Positions 46,959 through 56,761 of a stretch of DNA of 64,000 nt are shown in pieces. A program made the translations under genes and the position numbers. The stretch comes from Mytilus californianus. Lineage: Eukaryota. Within the stretch, counting starts at the first letter, position 1. The number at the start of each line of letters is the position of its first letter. The stretch lies in assembly GCF_021869535.1 (NCBI RefSeq), contig NW_026262712.1:116250001-116314000 (forward strand). Direction: 5' to 3'. A model generated the notes under the pieces. That model worked only from the letters and a program-made list of their open reading frames with translations, was not told the DNA's origin and did not search any database.

Positions 46959-49879
46959 TATATTGACAATAATGTTATTCCCAGTGGCTTATGTATTAAA
47001 GCACTGCCTCAAACTACCGGCAACCTGTCTGATACATTTCTACGTAGGTGGGATCAGACCCTATTTCACTGTTCCCTCCGTCTTCTCATACTCCTTAGAG
47101 GACACTGTATTGAACATCTTAAAAACTTAACACTTCAATTTGACTCCTTGTCTCACGCTTGCAAAAAAGATCTAACAGCAAGCGAATTCGAGAACATCCA
47201 AGAGCGCTTGAGAGATTTAACCAACACTAAGACCGCCACTCTCCGCTCCAGACAAAGATGCAAATTTCAACGGGATGGTACTTCTTTCCCATCCACTAGT
47301 ACAAAAGAAAAAAATAATAATAAAACCAAAAACAGACATTTCAGACGTAGACCTCAAGTCCTCAGCAACAAGATCAATACCGTTGTCAATCTCTCCAGCA
47401 AACAACTTACTGAGGACGAAACTTCATTACTATCCAGAGGCCTAAACTTTTGTCCAGTCCCAGGTCCAGTGAATGATACTAAATTGTCTGATGAACTGGA
47501 TAATTTTGCCAGGAGCCTCCGCATCAAGGAACATTTTGCATCGAAAGAGGACGATAGCACCACCTCAGATAGTGACTCTGACGACTCCAACGAATATAGA
47601 TTTAGAAAGAAAAGTAACTGGGTCCCTAAACCAAGCAAAAATACCACCTTAGAATCATTTATAGACAATGTTAAAACGGATATACTTACAAATGTAAAAA
47701 TAAATAATCAGACCTATGACAATTTAACACCTGGTGAACGTGTGGCTTTAACAAATTTGAGAGATAATGACGACATTGTTATTAAACCTGCAGACAAAGG
47801 GAGTGCAGTTGTCGTCATGGACAAATCTAACTATGCCCAAGAGGCCATTCGCCAATTATATGATGACCCGTTTTACAAAAAACTTAATTCAGACCCCACC
47901 CTCCAATTCAGTGAGGAAATAACAGAATGTTTAAAGGAAATGTGTGACAATAACATCATTGATATAGATACTCTCAAATATTTAAAACCTGAAGATTCTA
48001 AACCTGGGCGATTCTACCTGCTCCCTAAAATTCATAAACCTGGTAACCCAGGAAGACCAATCGTCTCAGCTAATGGTCATCCCACCGAAAAAATATCCGA
48101 AGTCGTTGATTACTATCTTCGACCACATGTAGAAAACTTGCCATCTTTTATAAAAGATTCTACAGATTATCTACAAAAAATGCAGGATTTAAACCCTCTA
48201 CCTGCCAATACTACTCTTGTCACAATGGATGTCACCTCCCTCTATACGAATATTCCCCATGCGGATGGCATTGAAGCATCTAGAGAAGTTTGGGACTCTC
48301 GATCTCTTAAAATTCCACCTACTGAATGCTTAGTAGAAATGCTTACTATGGTCTTGAAAAAGAACAACTTCACATTCCAAGGAGAACACTATTTACAGAC
48401 AAATGGCACTGCTATGGGTACTAAAATGGCTCCATCTTATGCCAATATATTCATGGGTAAAGTTGAAAAGCAACTGCTGGAGTGCTCCATCAAAAAACCG
48501 CTTTCCTGGTATCGATTCATTGATGTCGTTGACATGAAATGGGACAAGGGAGACCAAGAATTACAAACTTTTATAACAAATGCTAACAATCAACACCCTA
48601 CCATCAAATTCACCCATGAAACATCTAATTCCACCATAAACTTCCTTGATACATCTAGCACCCTCTCTGTAGGTATAATAAACACAGATATATACTCTAA
48701 ACCTACAGATACTCATCAATACTTGTCGCCTGAAAGTTGCCATCCTCCACACTGCACGAAGAGCATTCCATACAGCCAAGCTCTCAGAATAAGGCGAATC
48801 TGCTCCTCTGAAGACACTGCAAAACAACGTCTGGGGCAGCTCAAAGGACATTTGAAAAGAAGGGGATATAAACACAAAAACATAAAAAATAATTTTCGAA
48901 AAGTGGAATCCATCCCCAGAAGCAGTCTGCTAACTTACAAAGAAAAACAGAAAAGTAAAAGAATCCCATGTGTGCTCACCTACCATCCATGCCTGAGAAA
49001 TAGTTTCAAGACCATTCGTGATCATTGGACAGCAATCGAGAAACATTCTTAAGTTATCCAAAATCTTTCCTGAGCCTCCCATGATTGCCTTCAAACAACC
49101 TAACAGCCTGAGAAATATACTTGTCCGTGCTGACCTTTTCAAACCTAACCATACTGTAGGTAATTGCCAGCCTTGTGGGGATAAGCGCTGCAAATGTTGC
49201 AACCAATTGCAGCATTCATCAACATTTCACAGTAAGACCACAAAAAAGCAATACAAGATCTTCTGCAATGTCAACTGCAAAAGCTCAAACGTGATTTACG
49301 TTCTTGAGTGTCCTATATGTGGTCTCCAATATGTTGGTGAATCTATACAGCCATTTCACAAACGCCTTAATGGCCACAGGAGTGACCTCACAAAAAAACC
49401 GTATATTCCTGTCAGCCAACACTTCAGGTTACCAGATCACAATCTGAAAGATTTTGATCACATGAAGATCCTTGTGATCGAACAGGATTGTACATGGCAA
49501 AATAGGCAAAGAGAAAATCGGGAGAAGTTTTGGATAAAAACACTGGGTGTCCTCCATCCAGATTGAATCAATAGAAAGAAATAATTAGATTTACAGTCTA
49601 ATGTTTATATTATGATATTCAGGATTTTGGATTCAAATCAATCGACCAAAACTTACCTGTATTATTACTGATCTATGTTTACACCTTATACATTATATAT
49701 CAGTATTGTTAAAACTTTTAACACTGAGGAAGGCCATTTGTTGAGCCGAAATATTTGCAATTATTGTATAATTTATATCATCTGTTCAGTTTTTCCATCT
49801 TTGTGCGATGATATTCAACACTTTTTAGTGTTTTGTTTTCCATCTATTTATCGGTATTGTTACACAATCTTTTAGACTC
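46959..49879 (+). mobile_element. Neptune-clade Penelope-like element, right arm (RT plus GIY-YIG, one frameshift, lacks first 29 codons)
   Basis: [56 protein letters not shown]....SIPYSQALRIRRIC, CQPCGDKRCKCC, NVIYVLEC..CGLQYVGES, REKFWI. 1-nt insertion near 49050; ends next to (AT)10 at 49880-49899. Confidence 0.95.
49724..49756 (+). ncRNA. pLTR hammerhead-like motif of the Neptune right arm
   Basis: CTGAGGA AGGC catttgttga GCC GAAA TATT with palindromic AAATATTT stem III; stem I pairing is weak. Confidence 0.6.
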
Positions 49880-50039
49880 ATATATATATATATATATATT
49901 GTCATAGACTCTGGTATTGAGATGACTGCGGTAGTCAAATTCGGGGTAAATGTAAAAAAAATGATGATTATGAAGCTCTATATGTGGTGTCTGTGATCTC
50001 TTGTTCATGACTATTTATGGGACCCAATCAGAAAAGTTT

Positions 50040-50290
50040 GTATTGTTAATGGAAAGATCATATTCAATATACCTGTATGTAAATTTAAAATATTCTGTGA
50101 CTGCATCTTACATTAATTTATAGGATCCTTTACAATAGATAATTCAGCTGATCTGTAACAATTCCATCTTCATGCCTTATATATCATGTACTGTGTTACG
50201 ACGCTAGATTGAAACTGACGAGGAAAGGTAACACCCTGCCATCGAAAGCTTTATTTTTAGAGCCTAGGTGGTCGAGTGGTCTATTCGTCT
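50040..50290 (+). mobile_element. Further copy of the tRNA/hammerhead unit with an intact core (50204-50260)
   Basis: ctagattgaaa CTGACGA GG aaa GGT aac ACC ctgcca TC GAAA GC TT tatttttag, then gcctaggTGGTCGAGTGG. Confidence 0.7.
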
Positions 50291-50312
50291 AAATTCGTCT
50301 AAATAACAAAAC

Positions 50313-50710
50313 CGAATCGGGATTCGAACTCATGCTACTGAGATATCGTGGCACCAAATCGTCTTGCACTGTGCCCGACGCGCTAGACCACTAGTATAAT
50401 TTACAGTTGTCACTACATATAGGCAGACATATATTTCTTGGTAGAGGGGTCTAAATACAGCACAAACAACATTTTCTAAAAGACCAAAAAAGTGAAAAAG
50501 TATATTTTAACAATCATTTGACTAGCAGGTCGAACAACGGATGTTCTTAAACCCTGCTGACTGCCATTGGCGATTGCCAAATAAACGGTTCATCAGAACC
50601 GGGTGTTACCTTTCCTCGTCAGTTTTAATTTAGCGTCGTAACACAGTACATCATACATGTATATAAGGCATGAAGATGGAATTGTTAAGGTCAGCTGAAT
50701 TATCTATTGT
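50313..50710 (-). mobile_element. Inverted fragments of the same tRNA/hammerhead unit (tRNA head 50313-50393; body plus 5' half hammerhead 50590-50710)
   Basis: Reverse complement of 43650-43722 and of 43950-44052; CTGACGA intact on the minus strand at 50615-50621. Confidence 0.7.
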
Positions 50711-51047
50711 GGATGCTGTATTTAGACCCCTTTACCAAGAAATTTGTTTTCATTGCACACGTATAAAAATTGCGGTTTTTATTCAACGCAATCATAAGTT
50801 TGAACGTTGTTTTCAATTAAGACTTGTTTATATATATATATCGAATTGTTAAAAGTCTTGAGTATAGACAAATATATCTAAATAAAAAGTCCAATATTGC
50901 CGGATATATGCATTATCCGGCAATATTGGACTTTTTTATTTAGATATATATATATATGAGTTTTCGTTTCGGCAGTTATTACCTTCTTGTAGGAATTAAA
51001 CAAGGACATCTTAAACGCAATACATAAAGTAGGTTTAAGTGTACAGA

Positions 51048-51078
<31 letters not shown>

Positions 51079-51675
51079 CTTTTTCACTTTTTTTGTTTTT
51101 TGGAAAATGTTGTTTGTGCTGTATTTAGACCCCTCTACTAAGAAATTTGTTTTGCATGCACACGTATAAAAATTGCGGTTGTATTCCAATTCGTTTTTTT
51201 CAATTTAGACTTGTTTATATTTTTTCGTTTTGGCTTGTAATATATTTGCCTTAAGGTTTATATGATCCGTTCATCCTATTTTGACTCCTCAAAATTCAAG
51301 AGTCTATCCTAAATTGAGGTAAATTGTTGGGCTTTCCAAATACCGTTTCGATTCCTCACATCACTGAAGAGACATTATTTGTCGAAATCCGGATATGGTG
51401 TACAAAAACCTGTGTACCTTTTGTTTGCGGTATATCATCTTTTCCGCAAGTTTATTGTTTTTCTGTTTAGTATTGAATTTGAAATTAAGATCCATTTATA
51501 ACATCGGTGATCCGTTTATTTGGCAATCGCCAATGGCAGTCAGCAGGGTTTAAGAACATTTGTTGTTCGACCTGTTAGTCAAATGCGTTTTGTTAAAATA
51601 TATTTTTTCACTTTTTCGGTCTTTTGGAAAATGTTGTTTGTGCTGTATTTAGACCCCTTTATTCCAACAAGAAAT
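50433..51675. repeat. Inverted repeat pair (50433-50588 / 51512-51675) plus additional copies of its gctgtatttagacccc segment
   Basis: ggtctaaatacagcacaaacaacattt...ccctgctgactgccattggcgattgccaaataaacgg matches in reverse complement. Confidence 0.8.
51358..51401 (+). ncRNA. Apparently intact type I hammerhead ribozyme (predicted cleavage 3' of A51395)
   Basis: Stem I acatca/tggtgt, core CTGAAGA, stem II GAC-attattt-GTC, GAAA, palindromic stem III ATCCGGAT, AUA triplet. Confidence 0.8.
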
Positions 51676-52242
51676 TTGTTTTGCATGCACACGTATATAA
51701 ATTGCGGTTTTTATCCAACGCAATCATAGGTTTAAACGTTTTTTTCAATTTACACTTGCATATATATATATATGTACAAGTCTAAATTGAAAACAACGTT
51801 CAAACCTATGATATATATAGATATATACAAGTCTAAATTGAAAACAACGTTTGTATTGTTAATGGAAAGAACATATTCAATATACCTGTATGAAAATTAA
51901 ATGATATAGCTTCTTTGATTTAACCCAAACAAAAACAAAAACGTACACATTAGGATATTTCCAGGAGAAGACCACCCACCCCTCTCGCTTCACTCATTTG
52001 TGGATGCATTACGCATTATATATACAAAGACATATACTTTTCGACAATTTACGCTCCTGGAGGTCTAATAATCTTGGATGCCTAGTAGCATTGTCTCTTG
52101 AATGAAAACAGGTTTAAATATGGATAAATATATATATATATATTTAGACTTATAGATTGCTTAACAATGTAATTTATTTTAACACACTATTTAGTATGTA
52201 AATATTAGAATATTTAAAATATTTTCAAAACGATAAAAATAA

Positions 52243-52281
52243 ACGCAATATTTCTCTAGACAAACTAGCTTTATCAAGCGT
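52243..52281 (-). ncRNA. Degenerate hammerhead (GCTAG-tttgt family)
   Basis: acgc TTGATAA AGCTAG tttgt CTAGA GAAA TATT gcgt. Confidence 0.55.
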
Positions 52282-54397
52282 GCATCTATCCAGGTGAAAT
52301 CGGATGTAGATGATAAGAAACTTTTGCAGGTCAATGTACATGTTGCACATGAATTTAGCTGCCTTGTAAATAATACATAATTTGGATGAAGTTCAAGATT
52401 ATTATATTTAGACTTATATATATATATATATTGTATTGTATTGTATGAGGGACTTATATTGATATAAGAAAACTAGTGGGTGTTGTATAATCAAATAACC
52501 AGATCCAATGGCATTGAACCATCATTGCCTTATTCACCAAAAAGTGAAGCGGAATCAGTCATGCAAATCCAATCTTTTGATATACAAATTACAAATATAA
52601 ATTATCACTTGTTTAAAGCAAAATTTGATCGTTTTCGTGGATTCTTAAGCGGCAACAGATCTTTCACGATCCTTTTCACGATCATCAAAATGCGGTACCC
52701 GATCCTTCACGATCCGAAATATCAAATTTCTGAATAAACTAAATCAAAATAACTTTTAGAACTATTTTAAACAGTAATATTAAACGGTATTTCTAAGAGA
52801 AAAGTAGTTTATGCATTAAAAATTTGAAACAAATCATGTTTGTTTATATTTTTATTTCTCATGAAATTTCGAAGAGCAATCTGCCTTTTGTAGTTTTGTA
52901 AAAACGGTGTACTTTTAAGTCTTGATTTTTCTCGGATACTGATCATAATGTTGAACCATTTTGACAGACTTTTTTTTTATCCAATATTTGTCATTATAAT
53001 TGATTAAATTAGATTATTTTCTGACTTTGTATTTGTCTTCTCGATAATATTTCATTCACGATCCTATACCAGATCTTTCACGATCCAATCGCATTACTTG
53101 ACCACCATTACTTATTCTTTCACGATCATGTTTCACGATATACCGAATTACAGCCGTGTTAACTGTTAAATGCATGTTCACCGATTTGAATCAAATTCTC
53201 AAATTTGATTTATAACATAGTAAACATGGTAAAACGTATATTCAAATTACAAAAAGTCTAAAATATACAATTAACAATGCATGGACTCGATAATATTTAT
53301 CAGCGTTTCGTGTTTTTTTGTGTATAGTGTATGATAAGATTGTGTGAGGGAATTCGATGGTTGCTATACAATAGTTCACTTAAAGGCAATTTATGACAAT
53401 ACCAAAAACCGAGAATATAATTAAATTTTACATTACTTTTGAAAATGATTTTGCTATGTATAGGTATACTATTTGTCAAACACATAACCCTTTAAAAAGA
53501 CGAATTTTCTGTATAAAGTCAATAGTTTTGTTGACTTTTGAAGCCTGAACTTTGTATTGTTATAATAACGCTAATTAGTGATCGGAAAACTATGTCAAAA
53601 CAGTTGTTGTCTGCTCTATGGTCGGGTTGTTGTCTCTTTGACACATTCCCCATTTCCATTTTCAATTTTATTTCTATATAGGTTTTTTAAATTTTGGTCT
53701 GGTCAACTATTTTTCGGTCGTTATTAAAACAAATTATCAGAAAAAATCTCTCATTTTCTCGTAGCCAAATTTACCCCTAACACTTATTTTGATTTGGACT
53801 GGTCAATGTTATTCAATTTCATGCAGTTCAATTTAATGAAGTTATTATTTCTTCACTTTTACCTATTGATTTCGTTTTACCCACACGTATACACTATAAT
53901 TTTGCTGTTCCAATTCCAATTTATCACAAAATGAAAGCAGCGAGTTAATAAAGTCAAAATATAACCGATCTACCAATTTTTTATCATCGTTAGTTAATTT
54001 GATCATTTTTAGGACGGATTCGTCTACCTCACAAAATCTTGTTGGGCACTGTAGACGCCGTCATTTTTAACTATCGAGATTACCTCCGCAGAATGCCGAC
54101 GGTCATACAACCCGATATAAACATACATTCAGAATTTAAACATAAATAGATGGCGACCACGTGCACTTGAAATTTTCAAGGTCTGTTTGATTTCACATTG
54201 GAGGTTAAAAGTATGTTTATCATCTTTTACCTGTATAAGAATGATTTTTTGTGGATCGAATCAGTCAACCAAATGGTTCAGCTTTGTTTCACTTTCAATG
54301 TTGACATTCCTTTCCTTTTAATAGCTGAATAATGCGTAACCTATCTCCAGCTACAATGTTAAATTGAAGGTCACACGAGTACCGATTCAATGAGGTC

Positions 54398-54425
54398 GAA
54401 TTATTCACTTGCAAGTGAATAATTC
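54398..54425. other. Perfect 28-bp palindrome GAATTATTCACTTGCAAGTGAATAATTC
   Basis: Checked base by base. Confidence 0.95.
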
Positions 54426-56761
54426 ATCAGCAATGTTTCTTAGCTTATTTTGACAAAAGATGAACCAAATTGGCTGCTTTTAGCATCCTTAATGATTAAA
54501 CCAAACAAATCATATTTATATTTTATATATATCTCGTAGCCAATGCTCCTTTAATCGATCTGTTGATACATTAAATTGTTGTTTTTTTTTCAGAAAAGAT
54601 ATTACACCAAGCAAAATTTTAGGAACAAATATGTTATCTTCAAATCCATTTTGAAATATTGTAAAGTAAATAAATGCTAATTTATCGCCATTTTAACAAC
54701 TGGAAAAATCTATGGAAGGTAATAATAACACACGTATATTTTGTATGTACATATATGACACAAAGAGAAGACTAGATTTGTCAGAAAGCAAGAGAATGAT
54801 TTATGAGGGTTATTCTGAATATAACTTCTTCTAGTCAACAATTCATTCTTGAGACTTTCGCATTTCTGAATGTCACGACAGGAGAGAAATATTTTGATCA
54901 TTTGTACAAACTTTAGTTTTCATTATTATATATGTTTATTTTTCATCCTTAAACAATAATTTACTGTGAAGACAATTATTTTTTAAGGTTAATTTGTTCT
55001 AGCAGGTGCCACATGATTCTGTTGTGTCAGTCATATGCACATTGATCTGTTAAAATTTGGTACCTTTAGTCCTTTGCCATTGTCATATGCTAAATATTCT
55101 ATTCAAAACTCATAATATTTGGCTTTCAGCGTACCTGTTGAATGTAAATCCAGAAAAGCGCTTCGGAAGCACAAATCTATCAAGTGTTATTTACATGGTT
55201 TTTTTTTTACATAAGACAAGAAACTGACATCGCCATGGCAAAAAACGAAAGAAAACGAAAATACAAAAAATACAAAGGTGCTCTTGAACAGTCAACATGT
55301 TCCGCTCCAATAATGGAATCCATAGTGTTATCATAATTATTAGAAGACGAAAAATCTGAAGGATAAAGATGATTCGAGATATGCTATATTATTCACTATT
55401 CTAGATCTGTGGAATAGTGTTTAACAACATGTTCAGATTAAGATACGGTCAAAGAAATTATGATTATATGTGTAAGTAAAATATCCCGTTTTGTATACAT
55501 CTTCGGTGCTAAGTATACAGGCTTAACCCTATGCTTACGGTGAAAAATGTTTAGATTGAATATCATGAGATCAGTAGTCAGTGATTAGGTACTGACATGA
55601 TGTACAACATTTTTTTTCTAAAACGTCCTTTTGATTAATTGAATAAATTACTAAGCATCTACATGGTTCCAACTCACTGAGGCAAAGTTGACAGTAGCTG
55701 AATTTGTCTATCCTTTCAATGGCACTTTTGTATATATGACTCACAATTTGTCGACATATTTGGTTTTCAAATGTTTGTTTTTGAGCTTTCCTGATAAAGA
55801 TAATTCAGAAAAGTGCTTCTAAATGGAGATATCTATTTATTTTTCACTTTTTAAAAAATTACGGGAAGATGCTTCCTCAATTCTGGCATATGATTTAGAA
55901 TTGAATTATCAATAAACAATGTTTGGTGTTCTCTTTTTACTCCTCCCCGTTTTATACCCTCTAAACGATTCATCGTATAAACAATATTTCTAGCCAAAGG
56001 ATCGCGTCCAACAAAATCTGTTTTTAGATTTTCTATAAAGTATCCACCAGGATTTTATGCCTCTTCATTACATAACATACATCAGATATATACTCAGGAG
56101 AAATATCGTTTCGTGAGATCGGATTAACAGCTATTTGATAACAAACACGCCCTTTTTATCTGTAGGGCTGCAGATTTACGATTAGTGAAAGTGAAATGCA
56201 TGTTATTTAATAAGGCTACATTAATTTTACCTGTTTATCGTCATCGCAGACCATTGTGTCAGTCCATATAAACCTCAATTCTAGACTTTGCTTTATCGCT
56301 TAATAGGGGGAAATCAGGTTGATACGTTGTGAGACCACAATGCTTTTATTACCTAGATGAGCTAAAAATATCATTTTCTTTAAATTTGAAATAAACAAAG
56401 AGTCAGAATCTAGCTGTCTGTAACCATTTATTAAATATTCCAGACCTTTTTAAAATACCGTAAATGGCGTTGTAACTGCGGATAAATAATTATCTGCAAG
56501 AATTACGTTTATTGAATGTGACCATAATCACGGGGTCATACGATATATCGAGAAAAATTATCGTAAAAAAATAACTAACGATAGTCAAGCATTGCGGTCG
56601 AATCGTGAAAGATCTGGTATCGTGCCGGGAATGCAATTAAGTGTTGTTCTACTTCAAAATCTGTAAAATTATCTGCTGTATTTTCAAAAGGTGGAACATA
56701 TAAGAAAAAAGAAATATGTCTGTCAAAATGATCCAACTTCCTTCATAATACTAACACTACT

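Noticed and set aside
45123-49202. Short ORFs antisense or out of frame to the Neptune ORFs (e.g. 45123, 46146, 46408, 47217, 47354, 48561, 48716, 48930)
   Set aside because: Shadow frames of the PLE coding sequence, duplicated only because of the palindrome.
54424-54430. Minus-strand CTGATGA next to the 28-bp palindrome as a hammerhead
   Set aside because: The hairpin is followed by GACC rather than GAAA and there is no stem III or stem I.
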